Source: an uncultured delta proteobacterium (GTDB taxonomy: Bacteria; Desulfobacterota; Binatia; UBA9968). Taken from it: a stretch of DNA of 64,000 bases. The stretch covers positions 320,001 through 384,000 of the forward strand of contig CAVUZH010000016.1 in the NCBI GenBank assembly GCA_963745835.1, read 5' to 3'. A program made the translations under genes and the position numbers. The notes under the pieces are model-generated. The model saw only the letters and a list, made by a program, of their open reading frames with translations, ran no database searches and was not told the DNA's origin. Shown here piece by piece: positions 11,217-20,881 of this stretch. The first letter of the stretch is position 1, and every line of letters begins with the position of its first letter.

Positions 11217-11869
11217 ATTTGAGGTTGGATAAGAACCTGCTCCTCGTCCTTCGAGAGATCATCCACCATCACTCTACGGCCGACAATATGAAGTTTTCGT
11301 TCGGCGTAAAGCTGAATCGCCCGCGGATAAATCTTATGTTCTTGCTTGAGGATGCGGGCCGCGAGAACGCTTTCGCTGTCGTCCGGAAAGACCGGCACCA
11401 CCGCCTGCATAATGATCGGGCCCTCGTCGCATTCATCATTGACAAAGTGAACCGTACAACCGGAGAATCGCACACCATGATCGAGCGCTTTTTTCTGCAC
11501 GCGCAGGCCGGGGAACGCCGGCAGCAATGCCGGATGAATATTCATGATGCGATTGGCATACGCTTTGATGAATAGCGGTGACAACAGCCGCATGAAACCG
11601 GCCAGCACGACGAGCTCAACGTTGCAGCGCCGGAGAATATCCACCACCGCCTGGTCGTAGGCTTCACGGCTGGAAAACGATTTATGATCCAACATTGCCG
11701 TGTAAAGATTGTGCTTCTGAGCTCGCCCCAGGCCATAAGCGTCCGCTTTATTGCTCAGCACGACCTCGATCTTAGCATCGAGGGCGCGCGCTTCGATGGC
11801 ATCGATGATGGCTTGAAGATTGGTGCCATTGCCTGAGATGAGAACGCCTATCGGAAGCTGCCGTGCCAT
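11213..11869 (-). CDS. purN: Phosphoribosylglycinamide formyltransferase
   Basis: VLISGNGTNLQA, LAGFMRLL, NIHPALLPAFPG, SGCTVHFV. Confidence 0.96.
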   Translation of the reverse strand: MARQLPIGVLISGNGTNLQAIIDAIEARALDAKIEVVLSNKADAYGLGRAQKHNLYTAMLDHKSFSSREAYDQAVVDILRRCNVELVVLAGFMRLLSPLFIKAYANRIMNIHPALLPAFPGLRVQKKALDHGVRFSGCTVHFVNDECDEGPIIMQAVVPVFPDDSESVLAARILKQEHKIYPRAIQLYAERKLHIVGRRVMVDDLSKDEEQVLIQPQI

Positions 11870-11879
11870 AAGTTGTGCC

Positions 11880-12920
11880 TTAGATGATGTCTGCGCCGCG
11901 CCGGCCCTTGCGGATCTCGCCAATCACAATCGGCTTTTCTCCGCTTTGCTTAAGCGAGCGCATGGCTCCGTCGGCAGCTTTTTTGCCGACCACTAGGATC
12001 ATACCCAAACCGTTATTGAAGGTCCGGTCCATCTCCTCGCGAGGTACCGCGCCTATCTTTGCTATCATGCCAAATATCGGCGGCATCGGCCAGCTGTCCC
12101 TGTGGATAAGCGCGCGCGCGCCGGGTGGCAGAACACGCGGCAGATTTCCGACGATTCCACCACCGGTTATGTGCGCCGCGCCTTTGATAGGCCACTTAGC
12201 CAGTAGAGCGCGCATGGTCTTGGCGTAAATGCGCGTCGGCGTTAGCAGCTCCTCGCCCAGAGTTCGGCCGAGCTCGGGCAACCGTTGGCTCAGTTTTAGA
12301 CCACCGCGCGAAAGCAGGATCTTGCGGGCCAATGAATAGCCGTTGCTGTGAAGCCCACTGGAACCGAGCCCGATGAGAACATCGCCTGGAATAATCGCCG
12401 CAGGACTGAGAATTTTCTTTTTTTCTAACACCCCGACTACAAATCCCGCCAGATCATACTCTCCATCCCGGAAATCGCCGGGATGCTCAGCAGTCTCGCC
12501 ACCGATCAATACGCAGCCCGATTGCTGGCAACCTCGAGCGATGCCACGAATAACGGCCTCGGCAATACCGACATCGAGTTTGCCGCACACGAAGTAATCC
12601 AGGAAAAACAGCGGCTCGGCACCCTGCGTCAAAATGTCATTGACACTCATCGCCACCAGATCGATGCCGACCGTCTCATGAATACCGGTGGCGAAAGCAA
12701 TCTTGAGCTTAGTGCCGACACCGTCGGTTGAGGAAACCAGAACAGGTTCACGGTAGCGGCGAGCTTGCAAATCGAAAAGCGCGCTAAAACCGCCAACACC
12801 GGCCAGCAATCCCGGCATTTTGGTTTTCTTGGCAACACGGCCGATGCGGCGCACCAGCTCATCGCCCGCCTCGATGCTGACACCCGCCGCAGCGTAGGTC
12901 ATTGCTCGTTGTTTGGCCAA
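11880..12920 (-). CDS. purM: Phosphoribosylformylglycinamidine cyclo-ligase
   Basis: DGVGTK, GGETAE, SSGLHSNGYSL, HITGGG. Confidence 0.97.
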   Translation of the reverse strand: MAKQRAMTYAAAGVSIEAGDELVRRIGRVAKKTKMPGLLAGVGGFSALFDLQARRYREPVLVSSTDGVGTKLKIAFATGIHETVGIDLVAMSVNDILTQGAEPLFFLDYFVCGKLDVGIAEAVIRGIARGCQQSGCVLIGGETAEHPGDFRDGEYDLAGFVVGVLEKKKILSPAAIIPGDVLIGLGSSGLHSNGYSLARKILLSRGGLKLSQRLPELGRTLGEELLTPTRIYAKTMRALLAKWPIKGAAHITGGGIVGNLPRVLPPGARALIHRDSWPMPPIFGMIAKIGAVPREEMDRTFNNGLGMILVVGKKAADGAMRSLKQSGEKPIVIGEIRKGRRGADII

Positions 12921-12996
12921 AGAATTATCGTCCGTTCTGTGTCGATTTGGAGGTAAGTGTGATTCGCCGAATGAGGACGCAGCAGCGGATGCAAAT

Positions 12997-13791
12997 TCAT
13001 GCCGTGGAACCGGAAATCGCCGCCGGTGTACCCATCGTGGAGCCTAGCAGACTTCTGATTCTCAGGGTGTATTCACCGAACCCCACGCTGCTCATCATCT
13101 CCAGAGTCCGCGGTCGGGGAAGATCAATCGACAGCACTTTCAGCAGCCTGCCGGGCCTCGCAGACATAACGAATACGCGGTCCGACAAGAACACCGCTTC
13201 CTGGATGCTATGCGTAACGAACAAAACGGTTTTCTTCTTTTCTTCCCACAATCTCAGTAGCTCGAGATCCAACTCGTCGCGGGTCATTGCGTCGAGCGCT
13301 CCAAAAGGCTCGTCCATGAGCAGCAGTTGCGGATCGGTCACTAGGGCGCGACAGAGTGAAACTCGCTGCTGCATGCCGCCGGAGAGCTGATGCGGGTACA
13401 TCTCCTCGAAGCCGTCCAGCCCGACCAACTTGATCAAAGAACGAGCCCTCTCTATATGGTTGGCAACATTGCGCTTGGCGAACTCCACTGGCAATAGAAT
13501 ATTTCCCAAGACGGGACGCCATTTCAACAATACCGGAGCCTGAAACACCATGCCGACATTCTCTAGAGGTTCCTTGACAGCTTTGCCATTGATGGCAATT
13601 TGTCCCGATGACGCAGGGATGAGTCCCGAAAGAATTTTCAGCAAGGTGCTCTTGCCGCAGCCGCTGGGTCCTACGATGGAGACAAATTCGCTGGTGTTAA
13701 TCTCGAAAGAAATGCGCTCCAAGGCATTGACCATCTTGGCGCCGTTGGTAAACACCCGGCAGACATTGTCAACGGCAATTAGGGGTGGCAT
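12997..13791 (-). CDS. ABC transporter ATP-binding protein (NitT/TauT family)
   Basis: GPSGCGKST, LSGGMQQR, LLMDEPFGALD, VTHS. Confidence 0.92.
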   Translation of the reverse strand: MPPLIAVDNVCRVFTNGAKMVNALERISFEINTSEFVSIVGPSGCGKSTLLKILSGLIPASSGQIAINGKAVKEPLENVGMVFQAPVLLKWRPVLGNILLPVEFAKRNVANHIERARSLIKLVGLDGFEEMYPHQLSGGMQQRVSLCRALVTDPQLLLMDEPFGALDAMTRDELDLELLRLWEEKKKTVLFVTHSIQEAVFLSDRVFVMSARPGRLLKVLSIDLPRPRTLEMMSSVGFGEYTLRIRSLLGSTMGTPAAISGSTA

Positions 13792-13930
13792 TGGACCCAA
13801 ACTGAGCCATACAATTTTCTTGGTAAACTAATCGGTACAAAACCCCTTCAACGGCAATTAGAGGTGGCATTGGACCCAAACTGGCCGATACGATCATCTC
13901 TTGGTAAACTGATCGGTACAAACTTTCAAC
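13771..13930. repeat. Degenerate ~79 bp tandem duplication of the SBP-end/ATPase-start junction
   Basis: AACGGCAATTAG(G/A)GGTGGCATTGGACCCAAACTG...TTGGTAAACT(A/G)ATCGGTACAAA at 13771 and again at 13850. Confidence 0.85.
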
Positions 13931-13969
13931 TGCGATAAAAGCGGCACTGCGGAGTCGAAGTAGAACGCT

Positions 13970-14992
13970 TTATCTCTTGATAAACTGGTTGGTGAAAACT
14001 TCCTTCGAGGTAACCTTGCGCGCCACGTCGAAATAATCGTTGGTGATGCGGACCGTCTTTTCCATAATATCCGGTTTCATGTACCCCAAGCCGGACTGCA
14101 CCGATTCCGGCGGCAACATGACCTCGTATAGAGCGTTCCTCAGCTGCAGCATGGTGAGAGCTTGATCCAACTCGGGTTTTTGCTTCAGCAGGATCTGCAA
14201 TGCCTCCTCCTGGTTATCACGGGTGTAGCGCAGTCCTTCCATGGTACCTTCAACATAGGCCTTGACGAAATCGGGGCGTTTCTTGATATCCTCTTCCTTG
14301 GCCACCAAACCGCTACCGTAAATGTCGAGGCCAGTATCCTTCATGAAAATCCGCTTCAACTTACTCCCAACCTTGGATGCTGCCAGTTCCGCCACCTCAT
14401 CATTTGAAGCGCGGAACATGATAATAAAGTCCGCTTTCTTGGTCGCAAGCGCCGCCGGTTGGATTGGCGCCGCGGTCTCCTGAATCTTGATGGATTTAAA
14501 ATCGATGCCGTTGATCCGAGAGTAAGCCGGCATCAAAAACCACTGCGCCTGCCCGGGACTGATGGCCCATGATTTGCCTTGCAGATCCTTAAGTCCTTTT
14601 ATGGCAGAATCTTCGCGCCACAAGATGGTAGCGGCGACATAACCAAGCTGTCCTACGACCTGAACCCCGGTTCCGCGGGATCGCGCGACAATCGCCGTAG
14701 AGATATCGGCAAATCCAAAATCGGCGCCCCCGGCCGCAATCGTCCGCACAGTATCCGCCGAACCCGAGCCCGCCTGAATGGTCGCCGCCAAACCGCGTTT
14801 GGCGTAAAAACCTTTTTCCTGCGCCACGTACCATGGCGCATGTTTGCCGCCAATGATGAAGTCCATTCTAATGTTGGCTGCTGTCGGTTGCGCGGCCACG
14901 GCGCTGAAGGTGAAACTGGTCATCGCTATGATCGCGCTTAGGACCACCGCGGCAATGCGGCCGATGCTGAATCCGATGCCAACCTTCCTCAT
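13970..14992 (-). CDS. ABC transporter substrate-binding protein (NMT1/THI5-like)
   Basis: Signal peptide; HAPWYVAQEKGFYAKRGL..GSGSADT; GGAGG SD before ATG 14992. Confidence 0.9.
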   Translation of the reverse strand: MRKVGIGFSIGRIAAVVLSAIIAMTSFTFSAVAAQPTAANIRMDFIIGGKHAPWYVAQEKGFYAKRGLAATIQAGSGSADTVRTIAAGGADFGFADISTAIVARSRGTGVQVVGQLGYVAATILWREDSAIKGLKDLQGKSWAISPGQAQWFLMPAYSRINGIDFKSIKIQETAAPIQPAALATKKADFIIMFRASNDEVAELAASKVGSKLKRIFMKDTGLDIYGSGLVAKEEDIKKRPDFVKAYVEGTMEGLRYTRDNQEEALQILLKQKPELDQALTMLQLRNALYEVMLPPESVQSGLGYMKPDIMEKTVRITNDYFDVARKVTSKEVFTNQFIKR

Positions 14993-15009
14993 GAGCTCCA
15001 CCTCCGAAA

Positions 15010-15786
15010 TCAAAAAGAACCTTCCACCTGACGCACCTCAGCGCTCCACGGCGCCAATTTTCTTTGGATAATTTCAACCAGCCAAAAAAGCCCCAGGGAC
15101 AGCACGGCTAGAATCAGCAGAATCACCAGCGCAAATGCTGTATCCAAGCTGTAGTTCGCTTGCAAAACTAAATAGCCCAAGCCTTCGTTTGCGGCCACGA
15201 ACTCGGCGACAATCGCGCCAGTGACCGATAGTACGATAGCCACTTTGATCCCGGCGAACATGTAGGGTAACGAGTTAGGCAGACGAATTTTTTTGAAAAT
15301 ATCGAATTGAGAGCCGCGATTGATACGTGCCAACTCCAACAGTTCGGGCTCGACTTCTTTTAACCCGACGACGGTATTCACCACGATCGGGAAAAACGCG
15401 ACAAGAAAGGCAATCGCAATTTTAGACACAAGCCCATAGCCGACCCATATGACCATCAATGGCGCGAACGCGCTTTTTGGCATCGCATAAAGAATCACGA
15501 TGAGCGGATAAATAGTATTCTGTAGATGGGGCGAGTAGACGACCGCGACAGCGAAACCAATCCCCAAAAGTAAAGACAAGGCGAAGCCGCCGAAGGCTTC
15601 AATAAAGGTGATCCAGGCATGATGGCCAATAATCGGCAGCTTGTTTATGAAGGCGATCCAGAGATCGCGCGGCGGCGGCAAAATGAATGAAGGAACCTTG
15701 ATGATCTCGACCAAAATTTCCCAAAGAATTAGGAGAGCCAGGAAAAAAACTATCGGTTCGATGATGTTCCTCGTGCTAGCCTTCAC
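15010..15786 (-). CDS. ABC transporter permease (NitT/TauT family)
   Basis: LPPP, PKSAFAPL, RLPNSLPYMFAG, GAIVAEF. Confidence 0.92.
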   Translation of the reverse strand: MKASTRNIIEPIVFFLALLILWEILVEIIKVPSFILPPPRDLWIAFINKLPIIGHHAWITFIEAFGGFALSLLLGIGFAVAVVYSPHLQNTIYPLIVILYAMPKSAFAPLMVIWVGYGLVSKIAIAFLVAFFPIVVNTVVGLKEVEPELLELARINRGSQFDIFKKIRLPNSLPYMFAGIKVAIVLSVTGAIVAEFVAANEGLGYLVLQANYSLDTAFALVILLILAVLSLGLFWLVEIIQRKLAPWSAEVRQVEGSF

Positions 15787-15872
15787 GTCCCAACTCCGAA
15801 GCAGACGTTAAAGGAAAGCTCCTACCCTGTCAAGGAAACGGCCCGAACTAACCGGTGGCTGGAAATGTGGTT

Positions 15873-15999
15873 GCAGGCTCCTCAAAAAGACTCAGATGCG
15901 AGGCGCGAGATGTTCGATGAGCTGAGGCATACGCTTCAGTACGTTTGAAGCGAGGCGGAACGAGCGCAACAAGCATATGAGGCCTTTTCAGCAGCCTGC
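15873..15999 (-). mobile_element. ~127 bp MITE-like element, copy 1
   Basis: Terminal inverted repeats GCAGGCTCCTCAAAAAG / CCTTTTCAGCAGCCTGC; reverse-complement homolog of 17749-17874. Confidence 0.7.
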
Positions 16000-16004
16000 T
16001 AAGG

Positions 16005-17159
16005 CTATTCGAGTTCACGCTTGAGCTGGCTGCGCTCAAGCAGTACATCGCGTTTCTGGCGAATCAACTCCCGCTCTTGTTTTAGAAAGCGCTCGACTGC
16101 GCGTCGGAATCTGCCGTCGACGATGTAATGCATGCTGGTGGTGTGCTCGGGATCCAGACCACGAAGTTGCTTGAAGCTGCCGCCGGCGCCGGCTTCAAAC
16201 CGTTGAAGTCCCATGTTAATGCAGTGCTCGATGGCTGAGTAATAGCAAACATTGAAGTGGAGAAAAGGCTGATCCCGGAACGCGCCCCAGTATCGCCCGT
16301 ACATGGCCGTATCATCTCTGATGTTAAAGGTTCCGGCAATAATCTTGCCGTCGCCTTCGGCCAGCATCAAGCAGACATTGCTCGCGAACCTTCGTTGAAG
16401 TTGGTGAAAGAACTCCTCCGTGAGATATTGGCGGCCGTAATAGAGTCGATCGACGTGACCCTTGTAAAGACGAAACATGGTGCGCATATGTTTCTCAGTC
16501 AGCTGTTCGCCCTCCACCGCACCAATTGAGATTCCCTGCTGGGCGATTTCTCTCCGTTCGCGCTTGATCTTGTTGCGCCGATCGCTGCGGAAGCTGCCGA
16601 GATAATCATCAAACGAGCTAAAATCGTGGTTCTGCCAGTGAAACTGGATGCCCCGCCGGGGAATAAAGCCGATTTCTTCGAGAGCGGTGACTTCATCGTC
16701 CAAACAGAAGTTAACGTGAACTGAAGAAATTTTGTTGTCCGCCGCAATCTTGGCCAAGGCCTGCCCCATGACCGTGATCAAGGCGCTTCGATCGGCTCCC
16801 ACGCCGGTCAAAAAGCGAGGACCCGTTACCGGCGTAAAGGGCACCCCAACGAGCATCTTGGGATAATACTGAATGCCGACATGATGGGCCGTCTCAGCCC
16901 ACTCATAATCAAAGACGAACTCTCCCATACTGTGGAGCTTGAGGTACATGGGGCACGCCGCAACCACTTTTCCGGCGCGTTCCACCACCAGATGATGAGG
17001 CAGCCAACCGGTTTCATCGTTGACGCAGCCCGACCCCTCCAAGCTGTCCAGCCAATGCCACTTCAAGAAAGGCGAGCCGTTGACCAGCAGGGCATCCCAT
17101 TGCACTTGCGGGATTTCCGAAATCTTGCGAATAGCCTTAATCGAGACGTCGGTGCTCAT
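16005..17159 (-). CDS. FemAB-like GNAT family protein (DUF482/COG3146)
   Basis: YLKLHSMGEFVFDYEWA, YYPK..VPFTPVTG, YGRYWG, LHFNVCYY, FEAGAGG. Confidence 0.9.
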   Translation of the reverse strand: MSTDVSIKAIRKISEIPQVQWDALLVNGSPFLKWHWLDSLEGSGCVNDETGWLPHHLVVERAGKVVAACPMYLKLHSMGEFVFDYEWAETAHHVGIQYYPKMLVGVPFTPVTGPRFLTGVGADRSALITVMGQALAKIAADNKISSVHVNFCLDDEVTALEEIGFIPRRGIQFHWQNHDFSSFDDYLGSFRSDRRNKIKRERREIAQQGISIGAVEGEQLTEKHMRTMFRLYKGHVDRLYYGRQYLTEEFFHQLQRRFASNVCLMLAEGDGKIIAGTFNIRDDTAMYGRYWGAFRDQPFLHFNVCYYSAIEHCINMGLQRFEAGAGGSFKQLRGLDPEHTTSMHYIVDGRFRRAVERFLKQERELIRQKRDVLLERSQLKRELE

Positions 17160-17305
17160 CAAGGCGACTCTATCATGATTGCAAGGACCGGCAAGATTTC
17201 GGATAATTCTAAGTAGACGCGATGAATTCCCGTTGATGCCAGGCGGGCTTGACTTCATCCCGAAAGGTTCTTAAATGGTTATTCCTCAGACGGTGGACTT
17301 AACTT

Positions 17306-17749
17306 ATGGTGATCTACAACCTTCTCTGCAAAAAAAAACACAACTTTGAGGGCTGGTTTCCGAGCTTCGAGGAGTATCAGAAACAAGCCGAACAAAGCCT
17401 GATTTCCTGCCCTACCTGCGGCACGACAAAAGTTGAGAAGGTACCGCATGCCTGCGCCGTACATGTAAAGAAGGAGCAGCCAGCTCCGCCTGCAAAGACA
17501 GCGAGCCGAACACCGCCGGCACCGCCATCTCCGGCTGAATTTAAGGAAATGCTACTTAAGGTTCACCATTACGTTAAGCAGAATTTCGAAGACGTCGGAT
17601 CTCGGTTTGCCGATGAGGCGCGGCAGATTCACCGCGGAAAGGCTGAAGAGCGGCCGATTCACGGCACTGCGACGGCTAGTGAAGCAGCTGAGCTTGCCGA
17701 TGAAGGTGTCCCCCATGTAGTTCTTCCTAAACCCGATTTGGACAGCTAG
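17306..17749 (+). CDS. DUF1178 family protein
   Basis: MVIYNLLC..HNFEGWF, CPTCG, FEDVG.RFADEAR.IH.G...R.I.G.A. Confidence 0.9.
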   Translation: MVIYNLLCKKKHNFEGWFPSFEEYQKQAEQSLISCPTCGTTKVEKVPHACAVHVKKEQPAPPAKTASRTPPAPPSPAEFKEMLLKVHHYVKQNFEDVGSRFADEARQIHRGKAEERPIHGTATASEAAELADEGVPHVVLPKPDLDS

Positions 17750-17874
17750 CAGGCTGCTCAAAAAGTCGCATATGCTTCGTTCCGCTCGCCCGACTCGCTC
17801 TCAACGTACTGAAGCGTACGCCTCAGCTCATCGAACTTCGCGCGTCTTGCCTCTGAGTCTTTTTGAGCGCCTGT
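17749..17874 (+). mobile_element. ~126 bp MITE-like element, copy 2
   Basis: GCAGGCTGCTCAAAAAG...CTTTTTGAGCGCCTG; begins in the TAG stop of the DUF1178 gene. Confidence 0.7.
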
Positions 17875-18055
17875 AATCCTGCCTCCATTTCCGCTTGACA
17901 AACCCGTTCCTCGCAGAAAGCTGAAAGCGGAAATCTGAAAATCCGGAAGTCAGTTTAAGCTTTCATAATTCATTTTTTTGCAGTCTGACTGCCCTTGCAT
18001 TGTCAGAGCTTCTGCGAAATAGAGGAAGCTTGTTCCTTGAACGACAGGAGGCTCC

Positions 18056-19138
18056 ATGCTGCTGATTAATAATCAAACCGTCGAACAGATTCTCGACATG
18101 AAAGGTTGCATGACCGCGTTGGAAACCGGCTATCGCGATCTCATCAATGAGCGCGCAGTCTACCGCGGCCGTTACGACCTATTCGTGCCCAACGACGATC
18201 CAAAAATAATGTATCGCTGGGGCACCATGGAAGGAGCCTCCAGAAGCTTCGAAACTTTCGCCATTCGCATGAAGTCAGACATGCTGGAATGGCCTGAGGG
18301 AAAGACGGTGGAAAAATATTGCATCGAGCCAGGAACCTTCTGCGGCATCGTCCTGGTATTTTCCACCCGCAACGGCGAGCCTTTGGCAATCATCAATGAC
18401 GGCATCATCCAGCATATGCGCGTCGGTGGCTGCGCCGGTTTGGGCGTGAAATATCTATCGCGTGAAGATTCCCACGTGGTCGGTATCTTCGGCGCAGGCG
18501 GAATGGCGCGCACTTATCTGCTGGCTTTCAACGAGGTCAGGAAAATTACCGAGGTACGGGTTTACAGCCCGACAAAAAAGAATCGTGACACTTTTGCCCA
18601 AGAAATGGGTGAGAAGTTAGCAATCAAAATCATACCCGTAGAGCGCCCAGAGGATGCCGTGCGCGGTTGCGACATCATCGCCACCTGCACCGATTCCATT
18701 CAAGTCGTCGTCGATGATCATTCGTGGATCGAGCCCGGCATGCACCTCACCTGTGTCAAATCCAACGAATGGAACCCCGAGATCGTCAAGAAATCCGATC
18801 TCGTCATCAAAATGGGCCGGGCCACGATGAATCTCGATGTCGGCATGCGCCGCATCGGCGGCGAAGCGGCCGTGGTCGCCGGCAACGAGGAGGAGATCAA
18901 GAGAATCGCCAATCCCCGGGTCGACATTTTTTCCAGCGACTTCCCCCTGCTCACCGATATCATGTCCGGCAAACTCAAAGGTCGAACAGATCGCAATCAG
19001 GTTACCTTTTTTGCCAACAGCGGTACTCAAGGTTTGCAATTTGCGTCGACTGCCGGCTACGTCGTTCGTGAGGCAAAACGGCGCGGCCTCGGCCAAGAGA
19101 TACCTACCAACTGGTTTCTACAGGACATCAGAGACTAG
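18056..19138 (+). CDS. Ornithine cyclodeaminase/mu-crystallin family protein
   Basis: NGEPLAII.DG..QHMRVG, GIFGAGGMA, DIIATCTDS; AGGAGG SD. Confidence 0.88.
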   Translation: MLLINNQTVEQILDMKGCMTALETGYRDLINERAVYRGRYDLFVPNDDPKIMYRWGTMEGASRSFETFAIRMKSDMLEWPEGKTVEKYCIEPGTFCGIVLVFSTRNGEPLAIINDGIIQHMRVGGCAGLGVKYLSREDSHVVGIFGAGGMARTYLLAFNEVRKITEVRVYSPTKKNRDTFAQEMGEKLAIKIIPVERPEDAVRGCDIIATCTDSIQVVVDDHSWIEPGMHLTCVKSNEWNPEIVKKSDLVIKMGRATMNLDVGMRRIGGEAAVVAGNEEEIKRIANPRVDIFSSDFPLLTDIMSGKLKGRTDRNQVTFFANSGTQGLQFASTAGYVVREAKRRGLGQEIPTNWFLQDIRD

Positions 19139-19489
19139 CATCTACAGCGGACAGACGACTGGCGATCAATTGGGCGCCCCGGTAAGCCAATATTTTCGCC
19201 CCGACTTTAGTTCATCAATCGTGGAGTCGAAAATTTAGATCATATTAACTCTTCTTTTATCTTACCGTCCTCTCGATTGATAAAGTCGCGAGCGAAAACG
19301 AGATGGCGTATGGAATAAGAGTAGCGATTTGGAGAAGTTGGAAAAACTCAGATTCGGGACGGCGGCCGACGCGATGCCGCCGTATACAGGTCTATGTCCT
19401 CCTTTGGAGTGCTGATGGTAAAGGACGGTGTTTTCTTCGGCAGCCGCTAGAAGCCAATTATTTTCGAGGAGAGAGATTGTTTTTCGGAG

Positions 19490-20881
19490 TTAAACTCTGG
19501 CAAACCGCCGGCAAAAATCGGCTTTCAGCTCTTCGTCAGATATCGTTTTGCTAAGAGACTCGACCAGCTCTGTAAGCCGCGCCTGTGGAAATTCTTCCAT
19601 GGATTCCCCAAAGGCCCTCACCTGATCACGGATAATCAGGGATGCGATGCTCCCCATCACATTGCTGAGCTCGCTGAACTCAGTGATCATACGGTCGAAA
19701 GCGTATTGCGAGACGGTTTGCGAAGCGGCTTCCGATACCATGGGCATGACTGTCGCAGCCTGAAATTGGACGGCAGTGGATTTCTCTTCGCCGTTTTTTG
19801 ATTGTTCGCGTTCGACAGGTGTTCCAGGAGCTTGGGCCTGAGTATCAGTCAAAGCTTGTGCTTCACTGTGGTTCCACCCGTTTCTGTGGGGGTCCAACTC
19901 GGTGTTTAGAACGAAGGCCTGGCCATTTCGCTCTTGGCCGAGTTCTTTGATGGGCGATTCCGAAGCTAGCAATCTACTGTTCTCAACAAGTCCGCCGACG
20001 ATCTGCTCTGTCTGGCTAAGTTGGGCTTGCAGCGCTGCGATCTTCATCTTGAGACCGTCAATGACCTGCTCGGCATGTTGGGCCTTGCTCGACGCCACTT
20101 CTTTTGCGTGCCCGTTCGCCAACTGCAAATGCGTTACCTGATCTATCATGGCATCCAGTTTTGATTTCAAATCGGTTACTTCGGATTCTCGAGTCTCGAG
20201 AGCTTCTTCTTTCTTCTTCACTGTGCTCTGTAAATCGCGAATTTCGACGCTAAGATTTTCTTCCAGCTTTTGGCTGGCAACGTCTTTCTGATGTATGGTT
20301 TGTTCCGTCTCTCTAAGTCTAACCTCCAGCGCGGCAATGTTTGTCTTGAGACCGTCGATAACCTGCTCGGCACGTTGCGCCTCACTCGCCGAGTCTGCTT
20401 TTGCGTGTTCGATCGCCGATTCCAAATGGCTTACCTGTACGGTCATGACATCTATTTTTGACTTGAGAACGTTCATCTCGGATTCTCGAGTCTCGAGAGC
20501 TTCTTCTTTCTTCTTCACCGCGCTTTGTAAATCGCGGATTTCGCCGCTAAGATTTTCTTCCATTTTTTGGCTGCCAGCCTCTTTTCTACGGAGAGTGTCC
20601 TCGGTCTCTCGAAGCTTAGTCTCCAGCATGGTGATATTTGCTTTAAGACCTTCAATGACCTGCTCCGCATGTTGCGCCTCACGCGCCACCACAGCTTGGT
20701 CGTCGCTAACTGCCGCTTTCAAACTACCGATTCGGTCGACTAAGAGTTTCTCAAGCTCCTGTATTGCATCATTCAAACTGCTGTCACTATCTTTTACCCG
20801 CGCGGAAATCATGAGGTGCGGTTTCCGGCGATGAAGAGTCCCCTGCACTACGCCTCTGACTGATTGCATTACTTTGGTCAT
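19490..20881 (-). CDS. Coiled-coil protein with ~99 aa internal repeats and a helical C-terminal domain
   Basis: 463 aa; AQ(H/R)AEQVI(E/D)GLK three times; EIRDLQS.VKKKEEALETRESE twice at 297 bp spacing; GGAGG SD. Confidence 0.8.
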   Translation of the reverse strand: MTKVMQSVRGVVQGTLHRRKPHLMISARVKDSDSSLNDAIQELEKLLVDRIGSLKAAVSDDQAVVAREAQHAEQVIEGLKANITMLETKLRETEDTLRRKEAGSQKMEENLSGEIRDLQSAVKKKEEALETRESEMNVLKSKIDVMTVQVSHLESAIEHAKADSASEAQRAEQVIDGLKTNIAALEVRLRETEQTIHQKDVASQKLEENLSVEIRDLQSTVKKKEEALETRESEVTDLKSKLDAMIDQVTHLQLANGHAKEVASSKAQHAEQVIDGLKMKIAALQAQLSQTEQIVGGLVENSRLLASESPIKELGQERNGQAFVLNTELDPHRNGWNHSEAQALTDTQAQAPGTPVEREQSKNGEEKSTAVQFQAATVMPMVSEAASQTVSQYAFDRMITEFSELSNVMGSIASLIIRDQVRAFGESMEEFPQARLTELVESLSKTISDEELKADFCRRFARV

